From Callorhinchus milii (taxonomy: Eukaryota): DNA of 64,000 bases. Below are positions 37,770 to 51,804 of the stretch, in pieces. Below the pieces are notes generated by a model. That model was not told where the DNA came from, did no database searches, and saw only the letters and a list, made by a program, of their open reading frames with translations. Positions within the stretch are counted from its first letter, which is position 1; the number at the start of each line of letters is the position of its first letter. A program made the translations under genes and the position numbers. The stretch is from contig NW_024704742.1 in assembly GCF_018977255.1 (NCBI RefSeq), positions 54,500,001-54,564,000 of the forward strand, written 5' to 3'.

Positions 37770-38665
37770 CAATAACAACAAAATTACAATAGCAAAGTGC
37801 CTTTCACGTCGTGAGGACGTCCCAAGGTGCTGAACAGTTGGGGATCAGGACCTGAGTGGGTGGGGGCAGGGTTAGGATGAGGGAGGGCAGGGGGGGTAGG
37901 AGGACGGCCGAAGGCACAGTCAAAAAAGAGGGTCTTGAGTTGTGTCTTGAAGGAGGCAAGGGAGGGAGCAGAGCAAAGGGATTGTGGGATGGAGTTCCAA
38001 TGGGTGGGAGCAGAGAGGCTGAAAGCCCGGCCCCCAATGGTAGGGCGGGAGACATGGAGCAGCCCGGAGCCCACTGAATCGTGGGAGCAGACAGGTTGAT
38101 AGGGGTTCAGCAGGTCAGAGAGGTAGGAGGGGGCAAGGCTGTGGAGGGCCTTGAAAATGAGGACGAGGATTTTGAATTCTATCCTCTGAGGGATGGAGAG
38201 CCAGTGGAGCTGGGTGGGGCTGGGGCTGATGGGGTCACGGAACCTGGTGCAGGAGAGGACATGAACTGCAGAGCTCTGGATGTTCTGCAGCTTGTGGAGG
38301 GAAGAGCTGGGGAGGCCGACAAGGAGGGAGATTCCGTAGTCAAGCCTTGAGGTGACAAATGCATGTATGAAGGTTTCCACGGTCTTGAGGGGTGAGGCAA
38401 TGGTGAAATTGGGCAATGTTGTGGAAGTGGAGAAGGCAGAGTGGGTCATGGCACAGATATGGAGGAGAATGTCTGCGAATGATGTCACCAAGGGGGGAGC
38501 ATGAAGAGAAGGAGACCGAGGACAGAGCCCTGAGGAACACTGCAGAAGACAAGTTGAAGATGGTGTGAAAGATAAGACCTGAACCCTTCAACAGAACCTT
38601 GAAGGTTGAGGTGAGAGGAGAGGCAATGGAGGAGGATGAAGTGGACCACGGTATCAAATGTCAGT
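37770..38665 (-). mobile_element. L2 3' portion with internal deletions
   Basis: HAFVTSRLDY, LHWL, FKTQLKT; tail near 37770. Confidence 0.9.
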
Positions 38666-39779
38666 CTACAGCTGATATTCCAATAAACTGCTCATTGAAA
38701 AGATTCTTAACTATCCTTATCAATCCCCTCATCCTCCTGTTCTGTTCTCAAGCAGATACTTATCCAATCGTTGTATAAGGAGTTAATTACCACCTCATTG
38801 ACTGCTTTGTTTGGGTCTGTTTTGACATATCCACTTTTCTATAGTAACAGAAGATCTTTCAAAATGTCAGTCATGTTTAAGTTTTTTTTAAATATAATTT
38901 TAAACCAAGGCATCCCCCTTCACTGTTCTGCTCCTGCAGTCTGTCAAAATGTGTAATGATACCTACCTGTGTTTGTGTGCACCTACAAGGCCTTGTGATA
39001 ACTCTCCATTGAGGAAAAGTTGAAAAGATATCAGAACCTTCCAATGTAGCTGCTGACAAATGAACCCAAAATGTTCATATTAACAATGTCAGGGGTGTGG
39101 ATCGTCAGAGTGTGTGGGGGGAAGAGGGGCAAGAGCTGGATCACTTGAATGAAGAGAGGAAAAGATTGTTTGCTCAGTGCAGTGTTGCATTATTAATGGC
39201 TGGAGGGAGCTGTTGTTTACAAAATGTATTAAAAATATTCCTGAAATTGGAGCACTGCAGCTTGAGTTCGACACTCAAGCAGGGGTGTGCAGCAGTGGGA
39301 ATTCCCTGAAAAATATCTTAAGACCAGCTCATATCTACTGCCACCATCAGGTGGGACTTAGACAAAGCTGGTGCGACCATCAATTCTGATTAACCTCAGC
39401 AGCAAATCAACAGTTGTTTGTCACTTTGCACTGATTTAACTTTTTAAAGCTTGCCCAATCTTCCAATTTCAACCTTTCAAACACTCCACAAAATCACTAC
39501 CAATGCTATAATGGGGCATGGTAGCTGCTTATTGCTTCCATATTCACTGTGCATATCTGCAGAAAGCATCACTCCATCAGCTCTGCGATTGTTTTGTGGC
39601 TCTCCATTGGGGTTTATAAGCGTACCCACATTATAATGAAACGTATTGTAACGTTCTATTACTGAACAATATAGCTGTAGTGGATTGGACTATTATGAGG
39701 TGTGTTGGGGTGCAATGAATAAAAATCAGTGGTCCTTGCTGTTCTCTTTCTATGAAATCATTGCCAAAAACAACAGATT

Positions 39780-40235
39780 TCAACAATAACAACTTGCACT
39801 TAGTTAGTGTCCTTCACTGCCAACGAGCCAGGGAGAGAGGGACGGGGTAGGTGACCGTAAGAACAATCAAAATGGAAGGTCTTTAGGTGGGATTTAAAGG
39901 TGGGGAAGGAAGGGGGCAAGGCAGAGGGAATGAGAGAGAGAGAATTCCAGAGTTTCGGGGGGGAAGTGGCTAAAGGTACAGCCACCGATGGTGGAACGGA
40001 GGGCACGAGGGACAAACAGAAGGCCAGAGCGGCAGTGGAGAAGTAGATTTGGGTGTCATCCACACATATGTGGAAGTTGACCCCATGTCTGTGAATGACA
40101 TCATCGAGAGGGAGTATGTAGATGAGAAATGAAGAGGGCCATGGATGGAGTCTTGACCGTAGGTGACCGGGTGGGGGCGAGAGGAAAAACCATTGGCCGA
40201 GATGAAGTGCTGGCGGTTGGTTAAGTAGGATTTAT
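39780..40235 (-). mobile_element. L2 fragments (tail joined to RT piece)
   Basis: DDTQIYFS fused to LWNSL..FKSHLKT. Confidence 0.8.
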
Positions 40236-40914
40236 AATGTTATGTCAATCCATTCCTTGTTGCTGAATATTTTTAGAAGCCAATATAAATGCTCACTGTT
40301 TGGAACGTTTCAGATGGTAAGGGTCCTTTTCATAGCTTCATCCGTAACAATCATTTTACCATCACTTCATAATGACACTACTGTTAGATTCTGATGAAGA
40401 AAAGCACTTGACTGTCAAGTGGGGACTGTTCACTTATACGTCTAACCTTCAGTCCACACACTTATTTGATGCTCACTGAATAACCGTAGTTGTTGTCAAC
40501 TTCATGCCTTATTATGTAAGCCACGTCAAGCTACAAGACTTCCTTTTCATACTCAGCAGCTTAATAATGGCATTATTGGAATAAACAATAAAAAGATTGA
40601 TGCATGAATTTTCTGCACCAGTAATTATGGTCTATTTTTAGTCATTATTTTTGCAATCCTGATTTAGCATTACAAACATAACAATCACACATAACAAAGT
40701 GCAATCTGCTTCTGCATGTTCTTTTACATTAAGGATTGGTAATAATACCCTACTGCACTGGAGCAGTTCAGAAAAGTTTTTTTTTGTACAAACCAGGTAT
40801 ATAACAATGGGATCAAAAATATAGGATTGCCAACAGGATTCCTGAAAACAATGAACTGAAAAAACTCTGCTTGGGAAGTGGAGTGGAGATCCCAGATTGG
40901 TAAAATAAAATAAT

Positions 40915-41265
40915 AACAATCCTTACATTTAATATTGCACCTTTCACGTCAGGAGGACATCTCAACACTCATTACAGAATTTACTGTAACATGTATTTTA
41001 TAGGCTATTGCGGCAGCCAAATTGCATACAGTAATGTCCGACCAACTACCATGAAATGAATGACCATTTTGAGAGATTGTTGGCCAGTTTCCCAGGAGAA
41101 ACTCCCTTCTCTTTTTGAATCATGCCATAGGTTATTTTATGTCCACCTGGACAGGCAAACAGGACCTCAGTTCAACATCTCATCTGAAGCATGATACCTC
41201 CAACATTGAAGCACTCCCCAACCACTGCATTGGAGCGTCAGCCTAGACTACGTGGGTTCAAAGTT
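40915..41265 (-). mobile_element. Old Deu-domain SINE
   Basis: Tail plus Deu core gtccacctggacaggc...ctcatctgaag..cctccaaca. Confidence 0.8.
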
Positions 41266-41280
41266 CCAAAGCCTCAATAT

Positions 41281-41650
41281 ATAATAATAATCCTTGCATT
41301 TGATCTAGCACTTTATCAGGTCATTGAGCGTCTCAAAGTGCTTCACAGAATATACTGTAAAGATTAATTGACTGTATATTTTGAGAATGAAACATGCCAG
41401 CCAATTGTATTCAGAAGTGTTCCACAAACAGTCATCGATTGAGTAACCAAATGATGTATTTATTTATTTTGAAGGGATTATTACCGCTGGAAAAGCAATC
41501 CACCAATCGACTAACAACTCAGTTCCTACTTACTGCTAAGTAAACAGAGGCGTGTTAAGTGAGGAAACTTGCCTAAGATTTGGCCCTGTCCGGGAATTAA
41601 ACCAGGGCCCTCTCACATGTAAGACAAGTGCTCTAACCAATACACTTCAC
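41281..41650 (-). mobile_element. Young SINE, long variant
   Basis: Tail-to-head match. Confidence 0.88.
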
Positions 41651-42016
41651 AATTTGGATGTTAAGTTAGAGATGGGAGTACTGATGTATTTCCAGTTACC
41701 AGAAGGATTCCCAATACTTCCCCTTATTAAGGAAACCAATGAGGAAACCTATACTTTAACCCCAATATCATATTCAGTTGTTACAAAGTTACAAAGATAT
41801 CTTCTTCATCATTTCTACTCTGTGCTAACTAAACCAGTTCACAACTGGTATGACTTTGAGCTCTGGAGCAAACCATGCGCTCTGGTTCACTATCCATTCC
41901 TCACTTCCTTATGACCGAGATTCCAATCACTGTGCCTTTGCTCACTCGAACTCTCGCCTAAAATTCCTGTGCCTTATGAATATACCTGTTTTAAAAATGC
42001 TCTTGATAAACTATAT

Positions 42017-42482
42017 GGAGTCCTGTAGCTTCCTTTAGCTTCCAACGCTTTGGTCGTCCTCCCGACGTGAAAGGCACTCTATAAATGTAATTTTGTTGTT
42101 GTTGTTGATGTTACTGGTTAGAGCACTCGCCTTGCAAGTGAGAGGATCTGGGTTCAATTCCCAGCAGGACGAAACGTTGGGAAAGTTTCCTCATTCCGCA
42201 TACTTCTGTTCATCTAGCAGTAAATAGGAACCTGGTTGTTAGTTGATTGGCGAATCACTTTTCCAACGGTAATAAGCCCTTCAAAAACATTTTTTTTTAA
42301 ATGTTAAGAATAATTTGATCACTCAATCCATTACTGTTTGTGGGACACTGCTTCGCACAATTGGCTGCCACTTATCGCCCACAAAATATACAGTCAACTC
42401 ACTTTACAGTATATTTTGTGAAGCGCTTTGAAATGTCTTGAAGATGTGATAAAGCACTATATCAAATGCAAGGATTATTATA
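42017..42482 (+). mobile_element. Young SINE, long variant, A-box interrupted by an L2 tail (about 42031-42112)
   Basis: ggagtcctgtagct, then L2 tail with (gtt)n, then actggttagagcactcgcc. Confidence 0.9.
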
Positions 42483-43399
42483 TATCTTTTTTACCCTGCC
42501 TTTGGTCAATATTCTAATCTCCCCTTCTATCTCTTCAAGCTCAGAGATCCACATTATCTTTATAAAGATGTCCCACATGTTACCCTACATGAAAACATCT
42601 ATGTAAGCGCAAATTATAGTTAAAAGGACCACATTCCTTCTACAAAAGATAATCAACAGCTGGAAAGGGTTACTGGAGAGGGTACTTGAGGCCAGGGCAC
42701 TGAACTCCTTTAAGAACACATAGAAGCTGTGAAAGGAAGATGATAGATGTGTTACATTAGAAAGATAATATCCAATAGTCCAAGGGGCATTTTTCATCTG
42801 AAATTCTCTTATGGTATCACAGCACTAACACGTAAATCCAGGACACTGCACTGTTCCCTCTCCACAAAACTGTGCACTGCCAATATATACTAGTTATTTT
42901 TAAAACAGCTCCTAGAGATGGACCTGACAACTGTAATTCAATCTTAGGAATTTGTTGATGTTCATGAATTGCTCAATCATGTCATCAGTATTGTTCAATT
43001 GAATTACAATCTGAAAACTTACTCCAAGGCATCTATTATTCTCTGGTTAGTTTATTTCTAATGATAACAGGAGCCTACATTCAAGTACTGATTAAATCAA
43101 GTCACATTAGCTAGAGACAGTAACGCATCTTCTTTTTCTAAAAAAAAGTGATTTTAACAAGGGTCACAATGTATTAAAATAAAACTGGATTTCTACAAGA
43201 TTGCTCCTGAAATTATTGTGTTATTGCTACAATATACACAATATTAACCTAGAGGTTCTCTAAAGTCTAGAAATCAGCAGAGCAGATTATTTGGATTGAC
43301 TTTCTAAGGAGCAAACAGTTGAAGGCTGAAACAATGTAATACCACTTTGAGACCAACAGAAACAGCAATTTACACTTACAACAGCTTACACTTAAACGA

Positions 43400-43710
43400 T
43401 AGTCAGAGGTGCTGTCCTTCAGATGACATGTTAAACTGAGTGTCTACCTGTTCAAGTGAATGTTAAAGATCCCGTGACACCTTTTGAAAACAAAATGGAG
43501 TTTCTCCTGGTATCCTGGCCAAAAATCACCTAGATAAAACTGGTTATTCACTTCATAGCTGTTTGTGGGACAATGTTGTGCCAATTAACTGTCGCATTTG
43601 CCTACCAAAAAAATACAGTAATTACACTTTGCAGTAAAATCCTATGGAAAACCTTCTTCCTTATATGACAGGCACTATATCAAATGGAAGGGTTATTATT
43701 ATAATAATAA
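43400..43710 (+). mobile_element. Old Deu-domain SINE
   Basis: gaggtgctgtccttcagatga...gttaaagatcccgtgacac...gctgtttgtgggac plus tail. Confidence 0.8.
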
Positions 43711-44229
43711 TTGTAATCCAAAGTCAAAATGGAGATTGACGTCTGAGTTGAGTTCCAGCAAGACAGTTCCAGGTATCGGAAGGATGTAATACTTACAAAT
43801 ACTTTTGCAAACATAATATCACTAAGTAGATTCCAGAGTTATTACATTGAAAAAAAACAGTTATTTATATTTCCTACAACAACAGTCCTCCCTGGAGCTT
43901 ATTTGCTTCTGAGGAAAAAGGTCTGCACAATTCCAGTGCAGATTTCGAGAGATAGACATTTCCTCAACCACATAAGCTATTTCCTGTTAGACAGAGGATT
44001 CTGGTTGGACCATGCTATTTGATTACATATTTAAGTCGGTTTGCCATTTTGAACCTCCTCCTTGCAAACAATGGATATCTAAAAATAGCTGATAATTCTG
44101 AAACCAATTCATCCAACAATAATTGATAAGAAGTTGCTATTGCTATGATTATGTAATATTAAAGCATTCTTGTTGTGTGCAATCCCTCCTCACAGCACAA
44201 GGGATAAAATGATCACCTAGTGTTGTTAA

Positions 44230-44385
44230 GTTGTGGTTCAAACCTCTGTCTGAGTTAGTTGATCTCAGCCCGGGTACCATTAGGTAGACTACAATTGACA
44301 TGAGTGTTTCTGAGGTGAGGAGAAATGTCCAGAGAAAATCTGATTGGTTGAGCATATATACCAATATCTTACTCAGGGATGTTTT
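44230..44385 (+). mobile_element. AmnSINE2-like relic
   Basis: ggttcaaacctctgtctgagttagttgatctcagcccggg...ctacaattgac. Confidence 0.6.
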
Positions 44386-45271
44386 GCTACCAATAACTTA
44401 AAACATTACTGTAAATAAAGAGCAGTATTTATTTGAGTTAAGTTGCCTTGCTCAGTTGTGTGCAAAATGGATGCTGCTGAAATTGGCCTATTAGGAGTAT
44501 TGATTTTACCATGTCCCTATTCTATTGATTGATGACCTGCTCTCTTTATTTCAATAAAACTGCTTTTGTTTTATCCACCTATGGCCAGCATTTCATATGG
44601 ACATTATTAATAAAGGGGAAGGGGTTAGCATAGCTTCTCTAATGACACTTTGGGTAAATACTCTGTGTTTTATGGCATTGAGCCATAAAAAGTAACAAGT
44701 TATATCCTTGATTTGTTACCTGATTCTATCCACTACATTGAAGTGCTTTTGCAGGTGCAAGCATCAGTAGATAAGAGGCAAGAGGGAAGCAGTGCGTTGT
44801 CAGAAATGACGTTGAAACTGAATATATGACTATCAAACCAAGATCCCCTCTGCCTGTGGACATTAAAATTGGATGCAGCATTCACCTACAACATATACAG
44901 TCACGACACAATACAATTAAAATCCCATGAAATGCCTTGAGATGTCCTCCCAATGTGACAGATCCCATGACACTATTTATGATACTATGAGATTTAGTTG
45001 TACCATCTAACATTATCGATCAGAAAAAATCTGCAACATTTACCATTGAGAAAACCAAATGTCACAGGAAGCCTAAGTCAACTGTGAGGGAAGTAGAAGT
45101 TGTCAGGCGGTGCTGGGCAAAATAATAATAATCCTTGCATTTGATATAGTGCTTTTCACATCTTCTAGACATCTCAAAGCGCTTCACAGAACATGCTGCA
45201 AAGTGAATTGACTGTACATTTGTGGGCCATCATTTATGATGCCATCATTTATGAAGCCTCTGCTGCAATAT

Positions 45272-48205
45272 AATACAAAATTACATTTAGAAAGTACCTT
45301 CCACATCAGGAGGACGTCCCAAGGCACTGAACAGCCAAAGGATTAGAGATTAGGACCTTGGCAGGGGGGCAGGAGCGGGGGACGTTGGGATCAGGAAGAG
45401 TGGGTGGCCAAAGCCATGGTCGAAGAGAAGGGACGAGGTATGCCCTGAAGGAGGCAAGGGAGGGAGCAAGATGAAGGGAATGAAGGGGATGGAATTCCAG
45501 AGGGTGGGGACAGTGAGCCTAAAGACATGACTGCCGATGGTGGGGCAGGGGAAATGGAGCAAGCTTGACTCTGCTGAACAGAGGGAATGGATAGGTTGAC
45601 AAGGGGTTAGCAGGTCACAGAGGTAAGAAGGGGCAAGTCCGTGGAGGTCGTGAAGGTGAGGACAAGAATTTTTAACTTGATCTTCTAAGGGATGAGGAGC
45701 CAGTGGAGCTGGGCGAGGGTGGGTGGGATGGGATCACAGAGCCTGGTGTCGGGAGAGGACATGAGCTGCAGAGTTCTGGATGATCTGCAGCTTGTGGAGG
45801 GAAGAGTTGGGAAGGCCGACAAGAAGGGAGTTGGCATAGTTGAGCCAGATGTAATGAAGGAATGGAGGAGGGTTTTAGCTGCCTGAGGGGTGAGGCAGTG
45901 ATGGGCAATGTTGCGGAGGTGGGGAAAGGTAGAGCAGGTCATGGCACAAATGTGGGGGAGAAAGAACAGTTGAGGGTCGAACACAACGCCGAGGATCCTG
46001 ACTGGCTCAGTGAGGTGGAGTGTGCATCCATGGATGCTGATACTGCCAGTGCCTGAGGTACTGATGTTCAACTGTAGAAAGTTGGCTCTCATCCAGGACT
46101 TAATGTTTGACAGACATTCTGTCAGGAAATCAGTGGTCCTGGAGTTGAGGATGGAGGCAGAGAAGTAGAGTTGGGTGTCATCCGCATATATGTGGAAGTT
46201 GACCCCACGTCTGTGGCTGATGTCACCAAGAGAAAGTATGTACAGATTGAAGAGGTGAGGGCCGAGTACAGAGCCCTGAGGAACACCGCACAAGAAGATG
46301 CGGGAGCTGGAGGAGAAGCCGTTTGTGGAGACAAAGTGGAGCCAGCATGAGAGATAGGATATGAACCATTCAAGGACAGAACCTTGACGGCTGAGGTGAG
46401 AGGAGAGGCGATGGAGGAGGATAGACTGTTGAAGGCAGCAGATAGGTTGAGGAGTACAGGGAAACAGAGAGAACCCTGGTCACAGATGGACAGAATGTCA
46501 TTTGCCACCTTGACTAGGGTTGTTTCCGTGCTGTGGGCAGCTGTTTTTAGAAGGGTGGGAATGGTGCCAGTTGACAAGAAGAGGTTGACGAGGTCTGAGA
46601 GTAAAAGGGTGAGGAGTTGGAGCTGGGAGGTAAGGAGAGGAGTAGGGATGGGGTCGAGGGAGCAGGTGGTGGGCTTTATGCAGGTTATAGTGGTGGTGAG
46701 AGAGCAGGGGGAGATAGGTTTGAAGGCGTGAAGGGATGGATGAGTAGGGGCCAGAGTGTGAGGAAGAGATGGGGAGGGGGTGCGGTTTGGAGGGTGGAGG
46801 TGGATGAATGGATCCCCTCAATTTTGGTCTCATGGAAATTCAGCATCTCCTTACAGTTAGAGTTGGAGGAGAGGATGGTTGAGACGTGAGAGGGTGGATG
46901 GAAGAGCCGGATGGTGGTAGAGAAGAGAAGCCTGCGGTTGTCCTTAGCCTCCAAGATTATCTTGGAAAAGATGGACAATTTAGCGAAGGTGAGGACGGAA
47001 CGTTAAAATTTTATGTGGTCCAGCCTGATCTGCTGGTGGACCATTCAATCAGATTGGAGCCAGGTACGTTCAATGGCACGCACCTTGAGTGAGCAGAGGT
47101 GGCTGGTGTACTAGCGTGATTTGTGTGAATAGGAAGTGGTTCGGGGAGGTGAGGGGGGGCAAGGGCATCAAGAATGCTGGAGAGGGAGTTGTAGAGGACA
47201 GTGACCAAGGAGGATAAGTCAGTGCGGGAGGTAGACCAGAGGGGAAGGGGTTCAGACGACTCCAGGGCAACGGAGAGAGAGTGCGGGGGGATTATTTTCC
47301 AGGGCTGGTGAGAGATGGAGGTGGGTTGGTTGATGGTGGGGAGAGGGACTGAGAAATTAAGGGAGATGAAATGGTGAGTGGAGATGGCTTAATCGGTGAT
47401 TGCGACATCCGAGACACTTAGGTCCAGGGTAATCACCAGGTCGCATGGGTGGCCATGAATATGGATGGCAGAGTGGATGTGGATGGAGAGGTTGTGGGAG
47501 ATTGTAGTGGAGATAGAGCAAGAGGGGGTGAAGTGCAGGTTGAAGTCTCCTAAAATGAGGAGGCATTCAGAACAGAGGCAGAGGGAAGCTCGGAGATGTC
47601 AGAGATGAAGGTGGGGGAGGGTTTGGGGGGCCGATAAATCAGGAGAATTTTGCGAGAAAAATTGGAGGGATGGTAGAGGGTACGGTACTTGAAGGAGGGG
47701 AATGAGCCTGAAGAATAGGTGAATAGAGCAAATGAAGACCCGGAGATGAGAGCCACACCATGATGGTTAGGACATGGGTTATGGTGGTAAGTGATAATGT
47801 TGTTGATGGTGAAAGCCTTGTTTGAAAGGGAGCACCCATTTTGTAGGCTGACGTGGAGGGGACAATTGCCAGGGGAATGTGTGAGATGGGAGGGCGTGAT
47901 GGACTGATTGGCAGGGAGGGTGAGAATGAGGATGAGAGGTTGGCCTCCGGGCTCTGGGTCCGGTGGGGCTTATGGCGATTGTGGGCAATGGAGCAATTAG
48001 TGTGGCTGCTGCTGGATAGCCAACGCTGAATGTCACGATGAGCCTGATGGAGGATTCCCAGGCTGGAGCACAGAGTTAAGATGTGAGATGGTTAAGTGGG
48101 GATAGGAGGTGAGGAGGATGGAGAGAGAGGAGGACAGAGAGTTGCAGGGTAAGAAGTATTTTTGTGGTACAGCAGCTTGGGTCGGGGTGCTAGAAGGTAA
48201 CAAAG
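45272..48205 (-). mobile_element. Older near-full-length L2, degraded
   Basis: CGVPQGSVLGP, YADDTQLY, AHSTETTLVKV, ILLIYRPPK; 5' motif caccccgaccc also present near 6190 in the first L2. Confidence 0.92.
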
Positions 48206-48328
48206 TTGGAAGAGACTATAACTGAAGATATTCTGGCCATTTAATTGAGTAAATTATTGTTAAGTCTACAGTGTTGCCTAGATACATGCCTTATATTAGG
48301 ATTAGGAATAGGACAATATATTTATATT

Positions 48329-48372
48329 ATACTATGAATGAATGACCGTCAGGCGTCACTCATTCATAGTAT
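48329..48372. repeat. Hairpin, 18-bp arms (17/18) with 8-nt loop
   Basis: atactatgaatgaatgac-cgtcaggc-gtcactcattcatagtat. Confidence 0.9.
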
Positions 48373-49239
48373 GCACTATGCGTTAAAGATTATTTCCCAG
48401 TATTGTTCTACATCACAATGAATGATTTGGTAACAATAAATTGGGTATGAATAATGCATTAAAAAGTATCAGCCTATAAAATATACTTATTCTACCATCG
48501 CATTTACTTGACAATCCAAGAACTTTCAATCGAATGCATTTCACAGCTCCCAGTGGGTTATTTGGTTACTATTATAGGATCACAGTAATGATTAGGAATG
48601 AGCGTTTGGGTAACACTGAGCTCCCAATGCAGAAACAGCTTTAAAAATACAAAAATTCCATTCCTCCAAACCCCAAGTCTCAATTTTATATTTTGTATAT
48701 TCTGGTTGGATATATTGTGCAACCTATATTTGTTCATTCTCATCCTTCTCAACATATGTTTCACCAACACTGTATTTAGAAACTCAGGAAAGAACATTAG
48801 TCATTTTGTCTTGCGAACTTCTTTCAGCAGAGCTGAAATTTCTTCAACAAACCTACCGTGCCACTTTCAGTCACAGACCAAACATTCTCAGGGTACTCAA
48901 ATGCCGGGAATCAGATGGGTCGATGGCAACTTTAAGGCATTACATCACTCTCATCCAAATGGATAACTAGAAAGGAATTAACATTTATTTCACAACAAAG
49001 AAAATCCTTTGGGTGTTAAAAATTTCAGACAAACTTCAATGGAAAATTGTAGTCAGCACTAAATAAAAGGAGAATAAAACAGAGCATGATTTGCTGCTAA
49101 TACATGTACACATTTAAACAATAATATAACAATAATCCTTGCATTTGATATAGAGCCTTATCACATAATTGAGATGGGCATTTATACATTTATACACTGC
49201 TACCATGGACCAAGCTAAAAACTTTTTAAAAAATTAAAT

Positions 49240-49652
49240 AATAATAATCCTTGCATTTGATATTGTGCTTGTCATATCGAGAGCATATCTCGAAGAGCTT
49301 CACAGGATTTACTGTAATGGATAATGACTGTCTCTTGTAGGTGAATACTGCAGCTAATTTGTTCTCAGCAATGAAGTGACTGGCCAATTTTGTTTGGGGG
49401 ATTGTTGGCCAAGACACTGGGAAAAACTTCCTTGATTTTCAAATAGTGCCATGGGATTTTAATATCCCTTGAACAGGCAGATTGGAACCTTCGTTTAACA
49501 TTTCATCTGAAGGACGGCACCTCCAATAATGCAGTACATCTTCAGCACTACACTGAATTGTCAGCATAGACTATGTCTGAGTTCAAAGTCCTAACTTGAG
49601 ACTTTAACCCACAACCTCCTGACTCAGAGACTAGAGTGCTACCAACTGAGCC
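49240..49652 (-). mobile_element. Near-complete old tRNA-head + Deu-domain SINE (SacSINE1/AmnSINE1-related)
   Basis: Head ggctcagttggtagcactct..ctctgagtcag..ggttgtgggtt, Deu core ggaggtgccgtccttcagatga...cccatggcactattt, L2-like tail. Confidence 0.85.
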
Positions 49653-50723
49653 TGTCTTACACCCCAGAACAGTCAAATGAACAAGAATCCAATTAAACCC
49701 CATTTCGATGTGGCAAATTCATCCAAAAAGACATAATTTCACCAGTTCAACATTTTCCTTTGGATCGGCTAGGGATCAACACTAACAGTGGAAGCAAGCT
49801 ATGAAGAGTTTGGCACTAGAGTGCACTGTATTTGAATTGGAATTACTGAACCTTGATACAAAAAGAGAGGTCAACAGAAGAAATAGAATGAATCAAGTGT
49901 AACTTATTGTTTGAATGACCATCCTCTATTTTTGGCTGATTGTTAACGCAACCTGGATAACCCCAAAATTGGAAACATTTGCTCCTGACCTGAGCGCAGT
50001 AGAAGGCATAGCACAATGACAGATGTCAAAAATGTGGTCAGGAGACAACAAAGAAAATTGAACTTTATAGTGAATGAAACTGTTTTTGCATATAAGCAAT
50101 CAGTGAAACATATGGAATTTTCGATAATTCTGACCTTAGACCTCGTGCTTACATGTCTGATAGAGATTTACTCCTGCAAGCCTACCGCAGCTGAGATAAT
50201 TTTGGATGAATGACAGCTACATTTCGAAGCATATCTTCTATTCAAGGGCACACACATTACTTTAGGTATTTTGCACAGCAGGTGTCGGTCATTACAGCTA
50301 GTGAAGGATCAGCATTGAATTAATTCAACAGCTATTTCTGTAAGGATAACAGGTTAATTTAATTGTAGATAATGGCTTTTACGATACAGGGTAATAGTGA
50401 CAATTGAATTATATGTGTGTGGGATGCAGATGGGAGCAAATATATTGATAATTAAATAACTGAGCTAATACTATTTTTAAAAAAGCATTACAGATAATTA
50501 TTTTTGGGCTTCTCTATTGCAATTAACCACCTAACATCATCCTTTATATTGTGGCTCACATTTAAATTAAAACAATTTGCAACTCACCAGAACAAATTAA
50601 GAGACCACATTTGCTCAACTCCTAATGTGTATTTGAAAACTTTAACATAGATTTGTAAGTTTCTCAAAATAGTTGAGCATCTCCCGTATGTAACAATGCT
50701 TCTCATTGAGTTTAACATCACAT

Positions 50724-50814
50724 AGGTGGGGGGACTGGTGGGGAGGTGGGGGGAGCAAGGGGCAAGTGGGTGGACGGTGGTGGGGGGGGGGAGCAGGGAG
50801 GTGGGGGGGGTTGG
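50724..50814 (+). repeat. G-rich low-complexity tract (G-quadruplex potential)
   Basis: Multiple runs of three or more G with short spacers. Confidence 0.75.
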
Positions 50815-51804
50815 TCACAGATGAGTTGGGCAAAATGGTTTCCACACTATATCATTATGTAACTATGTAAATGTTCATCTTGGTCAGAAAACTTTTGAAC
50901 TTTATATTGTACATAGAATTTTTCCACTGGCCTTTGGGCTTTTTAACATAATGGAACATATTTTAGTCATTTAAGTCTTCCACTTGAGATATCACCTTTT
51001 CTGATCCTTGAAATTAACAGCTCTGTCTTGGCTAAACTCCAAGAAATGTTCAGCAAATACTGGGTGGAAAATCTAGGATATGATGTGATAATTATCCTAT
51101 CACACACCCCACTTTCTTATTTAAAGTGTGATACTACCAGGTGAAACTTGTAAATTTACCTCTTTTGCAGATTTATTTTATGCAACAAATATCTGTATTA
51201 AAGAGAATAGGGTGTATTAGAATAATAAGCTTTGTACTTGATATAGCTCTTTCACAGGTTATACTGTAAATTGTAGTGACTGTGTATTTTATAAGCATAT
51301 GTTCCATATATGATAATGCTCCCTTTCCTCACCAATACACTTTCAATGATAGTTCAAACTAACTTGGATCATCCTATAATGTTAGAGTTCCACTGAGTGT
51401 AATACCACTTTTATTGGAATTATCACAATCAGACTTACTAAAACATTAATTGACTAAAACAGCAACTGAATCAATTATTAAGCTAAACAAAGCCAAAGGG
51501 CAAGATTTTGTTCATACTCCTCATATAGATCAAAATTAAAAGAAACTCCGAGACTTGGGGCAACAGTTGCTGGAAGGAGTTACCTGGAGTTCGAATTTGT
51601 GAACACGTGTTCATACATCTAGTACTCCGAATTCAGCTTGATTGGTTTGCAGAGCTAAGCAGGCTGCTTAAGCTCCACACCTCCAACTTCTAGCATCTTC
51701 GCTCAATGGCAAGGGATGTCTGTCCAATCTGCAGACAGGAAGATGCTCTAACACATTTCATGCTGAGCTGTGATGCCCACCAGGAAGCTCCCAGGGGTTT
51801 CCTT

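Noticed and set aside
40385..40415. Hammerhead ribozyme core (CTGATGA...GAAA)
   Set aside because: No stem II or flanking helices
48857..48966. Minus-strand coding exon
   Set aside because: Plausible splice sites but all three frames are closed
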